Assembly (NCBI RefSeq): GCF_009914755.1
Contig: NC_060940.1
From: the human T2T-CHM13v2.0 reference genome, Homo sapiens
Length of the DNA: 64,000 nt
Reading direction: 5' to 3' (one strand)
Positions 29,934 through 45,089 of this stretch are shown piece by piece. The stretch's first letter is position 1, and each line of letters opens with the position of its first letter. Below the pieces are notes generated by a model, which had not been told where the DNA came from, searched no databases, and was given only the letters and a program-made list of their open reading frames with translations. A program made the position numbers and the translations under genes.

Positions 29934-30240
29934 TAGGGTGACCAATCATCCCAGTTTGCCTGAGACTGTCTCAGTTTAGCACTGAATGTCCCATGTCTTG
30001 GGATATTCCTCAGTCCAGGAAGGACTGACTACATAATTTGCAGGGTCCAGTGCAAAATTAAAATGCAGGGACCTTCTTCAAAAATGATGAAGATTTTCAA
30101 GATTGTGACAACAGGGTGTTAAACCAAATAAGGTGCCCTTTTGACCATGGGGACCTATGGACCTATGTGTCTGCACAAGTTACACACTCATGAAGCCATC
30201 CCTGGTCCCAGGCAACCCATGACAGTTGCTAACTCTACTC
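29934..30240. mobile_element. MER81 (hAT-Blackjack) with nested MER45A (about 30025-30205)
   Basis: tagggtgaccaatcatcccagtttgcc (MER81); cataatttgcagggtccagtgcaaaat..aaatgcaggg (MER45A). Confidence 0.7.
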
Positions 30241-31064
30241 CCTATACAGAGATTCAGAAAAAATAATGTATTGTTAATTCCACGAGGTTGTTGGTTTCTT
30301 ACAGAAACATGTGCTGAGACAACAGCTCTTGCTCCCATCTTTCTATCCTCCCCACACCTATGCCAGAGCTTTCTGAAATACGAAATCATGCCACGCCCCA
30401 ACTTAAACCCTCCCGCCATCATATTCTCAAATGTGACTAATAATAGTAATACAAATTGCAGACTCCTGGTATTGACTTCAGTTATTTTTACTATACTGTT
30501 GCTTAAGTATGTGCCAACATAAAACTCGGCGTAAACTTTGTGTGCTAATAGCTCTTATACAATGGTAAAACCACACTTATAAATTAAAACGATAAGACTA
30601 TAGAACCAATAAAATTCAAAGGAACAACATTCATTTAATGGGACAGATGAGTTCGTTTTGCCAAAACTAAAATGCCGCTCGCAGAGTGATTATGGCCTTG
30701 GGTTGGCTGCAGCAAAGTGGGTTATTTCTCATGGAGGTGCTTCTTCATGCTCTGGTCCCCACATGGCTTAGATCCTTACTTGGGACCCAGCTGGGATATG
30801 TTTGTTTGAACACCATGACCTGACACTCTTTGAACCTTACTTGGTACAAAATCACCCTCTGTAGATCAAATCCACCTCCGATCTTTTCCCATTAACCCAT
30901 GATGCTGAAAGACATACTAATTGGCACCAATGGTATCATAAATAAACATGCAAGCATGGGCATTGAAATCGCATTGCAGTGTCAGGTTATAAATAGGCCA
31001 CCTAGATAAACTAAAAATGCCTACATTAATTTAAAAACTATCAATGAAATAAAAAGAATACAAC

Positions 31065-31250
31065 AATAATTAGCATTTGTTGAGCAACTACTATGTGACA
31101 GGCACTGTTCTAAGAACTTGGCTTGTGATAACTTATTCCATCCTCACAACTCTGTAAGGCCAGCACTAGTATTAATGCCATACGACAGATGAGAAAACTG
31201 AGGCTGAGAGAGGTTATGTTGACTTGTCCTAAGTCACTCACCATGTGTGC
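31065..31250 (-). mobile_element. MIR
   Basis: cagatgagaaaactgaggctgagagaggtta. Confidence 0.85.
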
Positions 31251-31636
31251 AGAAGTTTTCTAAGAAAAGTCCTCAATATGAACTCACAGACCTCTGATCA
31301 AGAATCAGGGATCTTGTGAGGTTCCTGGGCTCCAGCCTGGGATCACTAGCTCACAGATTGAAGTTAAAGCTCCCGAGTTTGGCAATAGAAGGCTTTCTTC
31401 ATCTTGCCTATTGACTTCTCACCCTTTTCTCATTCTGATCCTCTTCTCGTTGCACCTCTATACTTCTGGGCTATCTTGAAACTCCAAGAGGACAGCAAGC
31501 TCTTTGACACTTTTCATTACCTTCGCTTGGAAGTCTTCCCTCTGCCTGGAATGATCTTACCCCTTCTTACCTGGAAATGGACTATGTGTTCTTCAAAATG
31601 CTCAGTGGCATCTCTCTAGGGTGCTGTTCCCAAATA

Positions 31637-32140
31637 CAGTTGACTCTGGAACAACACAGGCTTGGAGTGTGTGCTTGAAGTTCATGTCCATTTATACTTG
31701 AATTTTTTCAATAAAATTTACACCAAGTGTGCCTGCCTCTTCTGCCTTCCCTTCCATCTCCTCCACCTCTTCCACTTCTGCCACCCAAGACAGCAGGACC
31801 AACTCCTCTTCTTCTTCCTGCTCTTTGATTTAACGTGAAGATGACAAGGCTGAAAACCTTTATGATGATCCACTTCCATTTAATGAGTAGTAAATATATT
31901 TTACTTATGAGTTTCTTAATAAATTCTTTTTTCTAGCTTACTTTATTATAAGCATACAGTATATAATACATGTAACATATAAAGTATGTATTAATTGACT
32001 ATTTATGTTATTGGTAAGGCTTCTAGTCAACAGTAGGCTATTAATAGTTAAGACTCTGAGGAGTCAAAAAGTTACATGTCAAATTTCAACTGTGTATGGG
32101 GTTTGCATCCCTAATCTCTGCATTGTTTAAAGGTCAGCTG
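31637..32140. mobile_element. Tigger2a-like TcMar MITE
   Basis: TIRs cagttgactctggaacaa / ttgtttaaaggtcagctg, TA on both flanks; ctttatgatgatccacttcca. Confidence 0.85.
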
Positions 32141-33047
32141 TAAGTTCTTTGGGATCCCACCACACCGAAGTCTCCCTTCTCTTCTCAAAGACATCATTAT
32201 CCTCCTCACAGCCTGTGCCCTGGCAGCCTTACAGAGCTGAACCAACCAGATCCTTCTCCTCTCGAGGTTTTAAATTAAGACTCTCAGAGACTGCGGGAAC
32301 TTGAAGTCAGAAGCTATGCTGTGATAACAGCTAGCACTTATTTAGTGCTGACATTGTGCCGGCCCTGTTCTGAGACCGTTGCATATATCACCTTATTTCA
32401 AGCTCACAGCACTCCTACGCAGGATATCGTCTCCCCATTTTACAGGCAAGAAAGCTGACGCACAGAAAGGAGGATGCATTCTCCATGGTTGTGCCAACAG
32501 TGGAGCACCTGCATGTGAATCCAGAGTCCATGCCTTCAGTTATGACACCTTATTGCTCCAGTGATTGCAGGAGAACTGGGACTGGGGCTGGTGTAATGGC
32601 AAAACCACAGGCAATCTGGAAATATACAAGATCAGAAACTGAGGAGTGGGAAAAGGAGAAGCTGGTTCACAGTGAGTAGAACAGGCCATATAGGCAGACA
32701 GAAGCAAAGACAGGATAAAAACCAACCCCAAGATGCAGAGAGAGTCTCTGTCCTAGTTGGACCAATGCCCCAGCCACTGCTCAGCCACCTGCTGTGCATC
32801 TTATTTGGAGCCCAAGTCTCTCATGCAACTTTTCCTTTCTTTTCCATTGACTCGTTTTTTTAAAACCTGACTCAGACTGAGTGACATTTTTTCTTTCCTT
32901 ATCACCTATACTAAAAAACTCCAACCACTGGAAATTCACCAGCTCCGATGTACTCTAAGGCCCTGCTGCTATGCATTTTTGCCACACCTAAAAGGAAGCT
33001 CACCTGCTGACTCACCGAGCAATAACTGGGTCCTACTTACGCCGACA

Positions 33048-33167
33048 TTTTTAAGCAGAAGTGTGCCTCGTGCAATACTTAGAACATATTTATACTAAAA
33101 AATTATTTGCTGTTTATTTGAAATTCAAATTTAACTGGCTGGTCTGTATTTTATCTGGTAACCCTTA
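33048..33167. mobile_element. MER53 (hAT) partial
   Basis: tactaaaaaattatt...aaattcaaatttaactgg...tattttatctggtaaccct. Confidence 0.8.
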
Positions 33168-33169
33168 CC

Positions 33170-33290
33170 TGGAATTCTATGAGAAATGCAGACACCCAGG
33201 CTCCACCCCAGACCTAATAAAACAGAATCTGCATTTTTAACAAGATCCTTGGGTGACTCATGTGCACAAGAAAGTTTGAGAAGTCTGGCT
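33170..33290. mobile_element. MER5A/B
   Basis: agaatctgcatttttaacaagatcc...aaagtttgagaa. Confidence 0.75.
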
Positions 33291-34278
33291 AAAAGATGAA
33301 TTAAAGGCAGTCCAGAGACAATACAGTAGCTCCTTGTCCACCAGGGACCCAAACCCTTCTTATCTTTCCATTCCAATATACTTACCTCATGCTTTCTACC
33401 CTTAAGGTCACTTCCTGGTAAAGGTTGCCAGCCTAAGTCTGGCCTCCAGATAGAAGCAAAAAGAAGATGCCAACAGACATTTCCCAAACCCCATAGAATG
33501 GCCTCCACTCCCATCTCATTAGCTGTTCCTATTGCAAGGGGAGCTGGGAGATGTAGTTTTTCCGTTGGACCCAGGATGCTTCTGTGACTTAAGTGTAAGT
33601 CTGTGGGATTGATATTCAACAGGAAGCAAATCTCTGCCATTTCTTCTCCCTGAGAAGAACTTGGTAAAGTTAACAAGTTGTGTTCAGTTTGACCAGGGGG
33701 TCTGACCAAACCAAAGAGGCAGGGAAGGGCAACAAGATGCCTGAAATAAGAAGAAAGAACAAGGGAGTCCTAGCCGTGTTCTAGACCTAGGATAATTATA
33801 GTACTCAGCTCAACAATAGATTCTATGCTTTCACAGAGAAGAGATATTTTGGGTATATTTTGGCTGATGTAGAAAGCTCTAGCAGGCACAGATACCCTAA
33901 TACCATACTCGTGTTCCAGAGAGCAATGACTGATTGCAGGAGTACTAGAGTTAAAATCTTGCAAGGTCAAGGACAAAACACTGTTGGGTATGCTGGACCC
34001 CAAGGAAGTGCAACTTCTGTTGGGATTTAGGTTACAAAGGGGAGTGTGGTGGAACTGCACAGAACCAGTCTTCAACAGCGATGTCATGTGGCTGCAAGAA
34101 GCAATAGCAATGACAGCGCAATCAAACTCTAGTACTCTCTGCTCATTGTTGAAGACACCTGGTTCCCTTTAGACTACATAAGCCCTTTAAGTGTGAGGAC
34201 CACTGAGGATGGTCCTAAATGGTGTATCAACATCTCGCTGGTAAGAATGTTCAAATGTTTAATTGAAAACAAACATGA

Positions 34279-34643
<365 letters not shown>

Positions 34644-35974
34644 TTAGGGTGATAAAGAAGATATTATTGGCGAGGACAACCTTACTTTCCCCTCAAATCT
34701 AACCCTCCAGGTTTGGTTAGTCCAAACCCATAACTGCTCTTGGATCATCTCAAACCAGATTTCTTTCAAGTAATGCCAAACTGAATTAATTCTGGGTTTC
34801 TAGATGTTTGTTATACACCATGACAAAACCCACTTCCGATGCAAGAAGTATTTTTCTTCAAATAGCAGTTGAGCATGGCAAGCAAGTTGTGGCTGGAATC
34901 AGCCTGCTCCATACTGTGGGGCTTTATTAACAAACAGCCTTTCTTTAATTGACATTTCTTTCAAGGCAATTTGCAGAATAAAGATAAAAATTCTCTGTGC
35001 CAAATTATAACTCCTCCTGGAGGGAGACACAGTGGTCCCACTTATTCTTTCTTTTGTAGGGACTCCAGCAGACGTGAGCCTGTAATTGTGAAAGATGGCA
35101 AGAAATTTCTGCATCCTGGCAAGGGAGAGGATGGCCGGAATGAGAAGCCACAGTGGGATGAATTTGGAGGATAATCCAAGCAGTGTCAGTGAGAAGAGGG
35201 AGGCTCCAGCCTTGTTGCAGGTCAACTGCCAGGTGAGCCAAAAACTCAAAAACCAAACCAAACCAAAACAAAGCTACAAAGCAAAAAATGCTCTCTCTCT
35301 TTGCCTATAGAATGAATACTTAGAAGAGAGAGGAGAAGGAGAATTAAAAGGAAAGGGATGGAAGGAAGAAGAGTTATTGGATCTAAGGGACTGAAATATA
35401 TCAACGAATTGTGCAAAATCCATTCTAGGTGTTCAATGTCAGTTACTCATCTGTTGCATGTGGTTTCAATTTCCTTTTAAATCCATATGTATTTGAAATG
35501 AAGCCAGACCAGGGTAGGATGAAGGGGAGCCTGCATCTCACTGCTTCCCTCAAAACAAAGTTTTGGATGTTTTTGGTCATTCCCTCTGGGTTCTCAGTGC
35601 CTGGTGGATTCCATCGACAATGGATGTTAAATCCATCCTCTGGGGAAAGGAAGTGCTTGCAGATATTGAACGTGGACCTCAGAGTCTCTAATGTGATGAG
35701 AGATTGCAACCAACTGGCTTCTGCCTTTTAAGAGGCCCTGAATCCAGGCCGTCTGGAAATTAAATAGGGAGCCCAGCTCACTGCTACAGCTTGTCAGTGT
35801 GATTGCCACCCACGATTGGCTCTGAGCATCTCTTCTAAAACATGCCAGCAACTGTGTCTTTATTTTGTTGATGCAAGTCCAGATGCTGGTTTGAAGGAGG
35901 TAAGCTTTGTTTCTGAGCCCCTATAGCGCACTCTTCACAGCATTCAGAAAGAGAACCAATGCCTTGGGTGTGAT

Positions 35975-36460
35975 CTCCATGACCCTGCATGACCCAACCC
36001 CTTCATCACCTTTCTGACCTCACCTCCCCAACGTTCCCTCCATTCCAACCCCTCTGGCCTCCTCATAATCCCTTGAACATAGCAGACAGTCTCCCACCTC
36101 AGGGTCTCTGAACTTACTGTTTCCTCTGCTTGAAATTCTCCTCCTGCAGATACATGCACATCCTCAGATCTCACCTCGAAAATTACCTTCCCTGGCAGCC
36201 CTACATTTTTAAACTGCCCATGGCTTCCTAGCTCCCTGGTCTACTTTACTTTCTTCCCGCCTAAGCATTTATTCCTACTGAATGCAGTATATAAGTTACT
36301 GGTTTATCTTGTGCCTTATCTGTCTGTCTCTAATTACAATGAATGCTCCATGAAGGCAGAGCTTTGGTCTATTCCATTCTGTACTCAATCCCCAGTGCCT
36401 AGGACAGAGCCTGGGATATGGCAGGCCCATCACAAACATGTGTTAAATGAACTGATAAAG
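35975..36460 (+). mobile_element. L2 3' region
   Basis: ctccatgaaggcagagc...ccccagtgcctagga...tgttaaatgaa. Confidence 0.8.
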
Positions 36461-38489
36461 TAATAAACAGAAATGTGCATTTGGCAATTTGAAAAGCTGA
36501 AAGTGTGGCATAGTCTAAGTTGGGCAATCTATGGAGAATTGGGGCTAAAGTTAACTCGGTTTCATTTCCATAAGGACCCCCCACCCCACCCTGTACCTGT
36601 TATAATAGGCCCACACTCGTTTACAAGGAAGCCGGTGCCAGGAGCTCCCTGGGGATGGGATGCCTGTCTCCTGTTAGGTGGCAGCTTGACCAAAGCCACA
36701 GATGGTGCCCCAGGGCCATTTGCATCAACCTGGCATTCAAGGCCCTGCCCAGCCTGACATGGATCAGCCTTTATAGCTATGTTTCCAATAGTCTTCCATT
36801 TTGTATTCATTCACCCAACAACATGTGTCCAGTTTTATCTTAAATCATTCCAATTTGCATTCAACCCCATTAGATAGTCTTGCTTGGGAGAATAGTAAAA
36901 GAACATTTTTGTTTTTGCAACTCTTTTAGCTCAACTTTGTGGTCAGGAAGTTCCACAGATTCACGGGTTCAGCTTTCCCTCTCCAGGGCTTTCTCTACAT
37001 CAAGGGCCCTTGAGTCAACTAAGAATGACTGAGTTTTCTTTGATGGCATTTGTTCAACATCACGCAAAGCATAATCCTGGAGTCCAGTAGAAGAAGTAGT
37101 ATCTAGCCTGTCATTTAACCCACAATGCATAATTGGTATATCCACCATATAAACACATTAACACATACCCAAATATAACACACAGATATGCAAAAGCAAA
37201 CACATACAATGTAAGAAATAAACATGTAAACACACACACAACTGTAGACACATATGAGTCAAACACCTGTAAACAAAATTTCTTGATCTAAATTCAGTGA
37301 AGCTTTCCATGTTGTTTAGACTGTCCTGGAAGATAACACTGAAAGGCACCAACAGCTTCTGCTTAAGGGATGAGATGTGGATTCTTTACCCTAATAGGTA
37401 GTTCTTTTCCTTTTTCTTTCCTTAGAATTGGCTGTTTTGACCAATCAAACTCTTGGCTTGGTTTTGTGTTGAAATGATCATAGCTCAACCTTAGACCAGG
37501 CTGTTCTGATATGCCCTTACTTTATCAAATTGTTAGCTAAGGATTATTATAGAGATTCTTTTAAGGAGAAGTGTTTGCATTGGGCATGTGCTGCGGGTAT
37601 GCTGGGAAATAAGTATATTCTGGGCTCTGCTTTGAGAAGCAAAAGGTGATCATAGGTGGGGAAAAATCAAAGGAGGAACATTCTATAATCCTTTTTATTT
37701 TTTTGATCCTTGAACTCCTTGAAACTGGGATAAATGTTCTAAGGGCAGTTCCCCTGATAGTACAAAATTACCATAACTGATCTCACAAAGGAAGATAAAT
37801 AAGAAAACACATTTGTTTCAAGGGAGCCAGGGAGAAGGTATCTTTTTACCTTCTTTCTCTCTCTAGCCTGTTGTATTCTCCCCCTGTTCTAGCTGTTTCT
37901 TGCTGGAAACAATCTCAAAAAGGCTTTCTCTATCCAGTATGGAATGATTTATCTTAGTCTTGGAATTCTGGGATAAAATGTGCATATATGCATACATGTG
38001 TACACACACACATACGCACATACACACATGGGACCTAAAGTTTCAGGAAAGGTTTTTATTTTATTTTTTAAATGAAAAGCAATGTGACACTACTTTCAAA
38101 CTGGTTTATAAGAGGCACATCAATCCAGTTGTGAACTGAGAACTTTTTAAGGGAAGAAGAAATTGTTCCCGTTAAGCCCTAAAACAGTATTCTTTCCCAT
38201 TGATCATCTAAACCAATTTGCTTTATATTGAATAGCTGTATTAGGAAAAAAAAGTCAGCTGTTGATACCCTCCAATGTCAGCTAGATGGATTTTTTTCCC
38301 TCAACATAAGGTGCAGTTGTAGTTTTCCTCAATCTCATAATTAAAAAAAGGTGATAAGCTATTTGTTCTGAATCAATTCACTTAGATTTTAAGGAGCATA
38401 ATGGAACGTCTGTTGTTCCTGAAATAAACAGCACAATCTCGAGTACTCAGCCAGCTTGCCTAAGGTGGTAGGAATACTATGTTTTTGTC

Positions 38490-38835
38490 CTACCAAGGTT
38501 CTTTACCCGGGGCTCCCTGACCCAGAAGACCTGTGCATAAAATTCAGGGCTGTGTGACTAGGATGGGGAAAATGTGCATATCAGTTTTAACTAATTTCCA
38601 CCTCAAATGCAGCGTTTCAGTTAATTATGAATATAAGCAAAATTGACAGTAGCAATATTAATGACTTTGCACCTATGGTAACCACAGATAGTTTATATTA
38701 GATTACAGACTTCTTTTGTAAAATCGGATGTAGTCTATTTCACATGCATTTAGAAACATCATTTTAAGAAGGGGGTCCTTGGGCTTCCTCAGACTGCAAA
38801 AGTCACCATGACCCTGTAAGTGTTAAGACCCCTTC
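38490..38835. mobile_element. hAT-Charlie (Charlie4a-like) fragment
   Basis: aaattcaggg...ggatggggaaaa...aagaagggggtcc..ggcttc..cagactgc; same family as 63558-64000, opposite orientation. Confidence 0.6.
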
Positions 38836-38938
38836 TCCAGGAGACCTGGGTCATTAGTAAAGGTCATGATCCAGCACAGGCTGTGAAGGTGCATGGCATC
38901 CCATCACCAGGAAACTCTTTTTTTGTCAGGGGCCTTGA

Positions 38939-39443
<505 letters not shown>

Positions 39444-39463
39444 TGAAATCTTTTTCTTCCTAA

Positions 39464-39784
<321 letters not shown>

Positions 39785-39924
39785 TGATAGCACACCTTGA
39801 TGGAGCTCTTTCTGTGTCCCAAGCAACATTCTAAGCGCTTGGCCTGTGTTATCTCATTTCCTTCTCACAACCACTCTTGGCAGGGGGTACTCTTCTGACC
39901 TCTCATAAATGTTGGCTAAATGAA

Positions 39925-40170
39925 TAATAGCTGTCTCTTATTGAAGACTTACCATGTGCCAGGCGCTATTCTCAGAGTTCTGTACATGGTCTCATCTATT
40001 CTTCCCCAAAGCCCACAGCTAGGTTTTATTATTTTTACATTTTATAGATAAGGGAACTGAGGCACAGAGAGATTAAGCACCTTGCCCAAGATCACACAGC
40101 TGGTAGGTCACCAGTAGAAACCTCTGGATATCAGTGGAGACAGTCTGACTGCAGAGAGGTGTTGTTAACC
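39925..40170 (-). mobile_element. MIR
   Basis: aactgaggcacagagagattaagcaccttgcccaagatcacacagct. Confidence 0.85.
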
Positions 40171-41123
40171 AGCAGGCAGTCCCACCCTCTATGATGAACT
40201 TTTGTCATGGTGATTGTTTGAGCATGCTTTAGTTTGTAAGGTTGCCACATCATTCCTGGAATAGGAGATAGCTTTTTCTTTCGCATAGATGGATACTGAA
40301 ATCACTCTATATCAGTATTTTGAAAAATTTTGGTGACTCTACCCTCACCATAGCATCATTTCTTGAGAAAAAGAAGAGAAATAAACGAAGCAGCAGCACG
40401 AGCAGTTTCTCTTCCTACTGGTCTGTAATCTGGCCACGACTTTAGGCTGTGGCTGAAATTCCTGACCTTAAATTCCAGCAGCCTCTGATTGAGGGCACCC
40501 ACTCAGTCAAGCTCCCTTCTTGGAAACAGTCAAACGCCATCTAGTGACTGAATGCAGAATCGCATACTCCTTTCAGCCAGGAAGGGAGACCATGGAGGGG
40601 GAGCCAGGCTGGGTCAGGAAGAGGAAACCCTCTCTGGGCTGGTAAAGTTGAAAGCAAGGAAATCACTGAGCCCCGAGGAACTGCACCAGCATCTGGATAA
40701 AAACCCTTCAGTCTTCACTGTGAACACATCTGGTTAGTTGATGAAACTGTTTTCACAGTACATCTGGCTGGATAGATACAACCACACAGCCACCACCACA
40801 GGCTCGTATTAACTGAGCAGTTTCTTCCCAGCAAAACTAACTGCCTGGAAAAAAAACGCATGAACAAAACATATTTGTAATTTGTCAAATCTAAATAATA
40901 CCAATAGCTCAGCGATTTGCTCTTTTGATCAAGACTGTTTTATGCTAGGAAGTGTGCTAAGTGTTTTACATACAGTGTCTCGTCTGCTCTTTTTTTCTTA
41001 ACAGCTCTGAGAGCTAGAGATTAAATTATTCCTGTGATCAAACTGGAGCTCAGGAAAGCTAAGACATTGTCCAGGTTCCCACAGATGGTGTGTGACAGAG
41101 CTGGGAGCTGAATGCAGATCTTG

Positions 41124-41171
41124 CTGACTCCAAAGCTCAGACTCCAAAGCTCTGACTCCAAAGCGCACGCA

Positions 41172-41201
<30 letters not shown>
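41124..41201 (+). repeat. 14-bp x3 tandem repeat plus (CA)n at the head of a MIR
   Basis: c(t/a)gactccaaagct x3 then (CA)n. Confidence 0.9.
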
Positions 41202-41203
<2 letters not shown>

Positions 41204-41397
41204 TTAAAGATGCAGAATCTCATTATTTAGCTAAGCTACCCTCCGTGCAGCAAATATATCATCACAGTGAAAGTCTAGTGATAGTACTATAAAGACAAAT
41301 TATATGTAGGCAGGAAAGAGAAGGCTAATATCCATTATTATCGTTACAGTGGATTTTTGGAGGATTTGACTTTTATCAAAAATATTGTTTTAAATCA

Positions 41398-43065
41398 ACA
41401 AATACCAGGAAATTGAATCCAACAGCATATTAAAAGGATGATATGTCATAACCAAGTGGGATTTATTCTAGGAATGCAAGGGTGGTTCAACATAAGAAAA
41501 TCAATCAATCTAATATGTCACATTAATAAAATAAACAAAAAATATATAATCATCTCAATTGATATAAAAAAGGGCATTTGAAGAAATACAACACCCTTTC
41601 AGGATAAAAATACTCAGAAAAGATAGAATAGAAGGGAACTTCCTCAACATGATAAAGGACATTTATTTTAAAAAACCCACAGCTGACATTGCACCTAAAG
41701 GTGAAAGACTAAAAGCTTTCCCCCTAAGATCAGGAACAAGACAAGAATGCCTCCTTTCACCAATGGTATTCAACACTGCACTGGAAATTCTATCCAGCAT
41801 AATTAAACAAGAAAAAGAAATAAAAGGCATCTAAATTGGAAAGTAAGAAGTAGAACTATCTCTGTTCACAGACGGCATGATCCTATATATAGAAAATCCC
41901 AAAGAATCTATAAAAAAGCCATTAGAGCTAATGAACAATTCAGCAAAGTTGCAAGTTACAAGATAAACATACAAAACCCAGTTATGTTTCTACACACCTG
42001 TAATGAACAATCCAAAAAGGAAATTAAGGGAGCAATCTCATTTACAACAGCATCTAAAAGAATAAAATGCCTGGCAACAAATTTATCCAAGGAAGTAAAG
42101 GACTTGTACACTGAAAACTCAAAACATTGCAGAAATAAATTAAAGAAGACTTAAATAAATGGAAGAACATCCGGTGTTCATGGATTGGAAGATGCAATAT
42201 TGTTAAACTGTCAATACACTGAAAGTAATCTACAGATTGAATGCAATGCCTATTAAAATTGCAATGGCCTCTTTTTTTCTGTGGAAATGGAAAAGCTAGT
42301 CCTCAAATCCACATGGGATTACAAGAGACCCTGAGTAACTAAAACAATCTTAAAAAAAGAAGAAAAAAGTTGAAGAACTCACACTTTCCTGTTTCAAAAC
42401 TTACTACAAATCCGTAGTAATCAAAACAGCATGATACTGACATAAGGATAAACATATAGAAAAGTGGGATAAAAATGAGAGTCCAGATATATACATATAT
42501 TTCTATTATTTATATATATCTCATATATATGTATCTCCTATATATATATCTCCTATATATATATCTCCTATATATATCTCCTATATATATATCTCCTATA
42601 TATCTCTCCTATATATATCTCCTATATATATATCTCTCCTATATATATCTCCTATATATATATCTCCTATATATATATCTCCTATATATATCTCCTATAT
42701 ATATATCTCCTATATATATATCTCCTATATGTATATCTCCTATATATATGTCTCCTATATATATATATATATATATATCTCCAATTGATTTTTGGCAAGT
42801 GTGCTAAGTTTGTTCAGTCATTCAGTGGAGGAAAAAATAGTCTCAGTTGGTGAGGGAACAACTGAATTTCCACATGCACAAAAATGAATTTGGATCCCTA
42901 CCTCACACCATATGAAGAATGAACTCAAAATAGATCAGTGACCTAGATTCAAAAGCTAAAATCATAAAACTCTTGGAAGAAAACAGAGGTAAATCTTTAT
43001 GATTTTGGATTTGGCAATGGATTCTTAGACATGATACCAAAAGCACTAGCAAAAAAAAAGGAAAA
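41398..43065 (+). mobile_element. old L1 (L1M) ORF2 fragment, reverse-transcriptase region, inactivated
   Basis: ORF 41649-41834 gives L1 ORF2-like KPTA..GERLKAFPLRSGTRQECLLSP.VFN..LEIL...IKQEKEIKGI; many stops and frameshifts. Confidence 0.92.
42507..42782 (+). repeat. AT-rich VNTR, unit about (TA)nTCTCC
   Basis: repeated tatatatatctcc with variable TA number, inside L1 ORF2. Confidence 0.95.
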
Positions 43066-44689
43066 ATAAAGATAAATGTGTATATGTGTGCATGCATGTG
43101 TTTGTGGGTGTGTTTGCTTAGTCCAGAATTAGGGTAGTAGTAACAATGAGGACAATAACTTCTTAGAGCACCTTCATTCAGGAGTTGAATCACAGTTCAG
43201 TTATCAGACAATGCCAGGAAGAGCTATACATTTCTTTTGGTATATTGACATCTTAATATTATTAAGTCTTCCAGCCCATGAATACAGGATGTTTTTCCAT
43301 TTATTTAGGATACTGAAACAGGAAAGAAGAACAGAGCTATTCGTGATCATACAGCTAACAAATGGAAAAATGACAATTGGAAATCAGGTTTTTAAACTCA
43401 AAGTTCATTTCTCTCTCCCAAGGAGTGCTAGGACAATTACTCATTTGTAATTTGTGACAATTCAGGCAAGGGCTGATCTCTAGTTTCCCCTGCTCTTGGG
43501 AAAATTTTCTCAAAGATGCTGTGAACACAGTGGGGAAAAGGTTGCAAAGAGAATGCTTAAACTGCTTATAACCAAATTGCTTTTAAGCAGCACTTTAGTA
43601 GAATCCATTTATATAATAAGAATGAATATGCTAACTGTGAGCCATTTTTGTGTATCCTTGAGGGATCTCTACAGGACAAGCCTCATTTGAATTATTCTCT
43701 TCCTTTAGTAAACATCCAGTACCTGGGATTTACTGATTTTTGGCACTGAGTCTGAATTGCTGAGATTTATTTTTTTTGTAAAGATGAAATTATTAAAGTA
43801 GAATGAGGATGGAACTATCATTTACTGAACACCTAGTAGGTGTTAGGATGCATCCTTACCATCCTTGAGTCCTCTAAGCTCCAGGAAAAGAAGCCTTTGT
43901 ACCAGGCAAAGAAGCCTTTGTTCTCAGCTCATACCTAACATAAAGGAGGATTCACCTCTTCAGAAGATTACCCTCCACTGAAGACACACAAATTCCCCAA
44001 TGTAATAATAAGAAATGGATATTGTACTGCAATCTTATGGTACTGAAGGGAGGTTTTACATCACACACCACGCAACATAAACATCTCCTTTAAAACTTCT
44101 TGTTTTTAATCCTCAAATCTTTTCTTTTTGCCAGTGGCTTCATTATTCACTCTCCTCTTACCCAAAAGAGCATCACAAAGAAATGTTTCCTATTGGCCTG
44201 AGCAATTCAATGGTGGTGCCCCTAGATTGTAAACAACCCTCAGGAGAGGAAAAAGTCCGGTTGTTAATTAAACAGATGATCAAAATTGTTTTTGTAGGGT
44301 GTGTATGCATGTGCATGTGCCTGTATGTGTGTGCTGGGTGGTTCTCATTTCATCTGGGTTCACTTTTGTTACCTTCTTTGCTCTTTAAAACAACCCCAAG
44401 AGATCATTTAGTCCCATTTTGTAGAAGAAAAGATTGCTGCACAGAATGATTTGGTACCACGTCTAAGGTTGCACAGTTTGTCAGTAGGGGAAGCCACAGT
44501 GCCATACAGACCTGATTCTAGTATTCATGATGCCAGAAACTGGTCCCAGAAATGAAAGGCTGTGGCTTTCTCGATTTTCATAGCAGTGGGTAAATTCTTC
44601 TTTCTACCACAATGGACCTTCTTCAACGGGCCCTGAGTAAGTGGTGGCCAACTATGTATTAGGGTATTCAAGAAATGTATAGTCTAAAG

Positions 44690-44910
44690 CAGGACTTAGC
44701 AAACTACAACTAGTGTGCCAGACCCAGCATGCCACAGGTAAATAAAGTTTCACTGGCTCACATTAGGCCCATAACTTTAGATAGTGTCTCTGGCTGCTCT
44801 TGCACTATAAGGGCAGTGTTGAGTAGCTGCAACAGTGATCCAATGGCCTCAAAGCCTACAGTGTTTTACTATCTAGACCTTAGTGAAAGAAGGATGCCAA
44901 TCCTTGGTCT
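44690..44910. mobile_element. MER58A
   Basis: gtaaataaagtttcactgg...gttgagtagctgcaacag...tggcctcaaagccta. Confidence 0.78.
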
Positions 44911-45089
44911 AGAGAGTCAACTGACAGATAAGTTGGAAATTGAAAATCAGAGCTTAAGTAGGTGGTAGGGGAGCACAGGAACCATGTAATTGCCAACAGG
45001 TAGACTTTGTTTAAAAACCACTCACAGTAATCAGCATCCTTCCATCTCCCAATTCTCCATATTGTTATTAGGACCTTGAAAATAACCAA

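Noticed and set aside
33131-33709. Longest ORF (192 aa, minus strand)
   Set aside because: Runs through MLT1, MER5 and MER53 relics; no recognisable domain
41649-41834. Reverse-transcriptase-like peptide
   Set aside because: Fragment of a dead L1 ORF2 surrounded by stops and frameshifts; not a functional gene or retron
42475-42807. Repetitive Tyr/Ile/Leu ORF
   Set aside because: Translation of the VNTR
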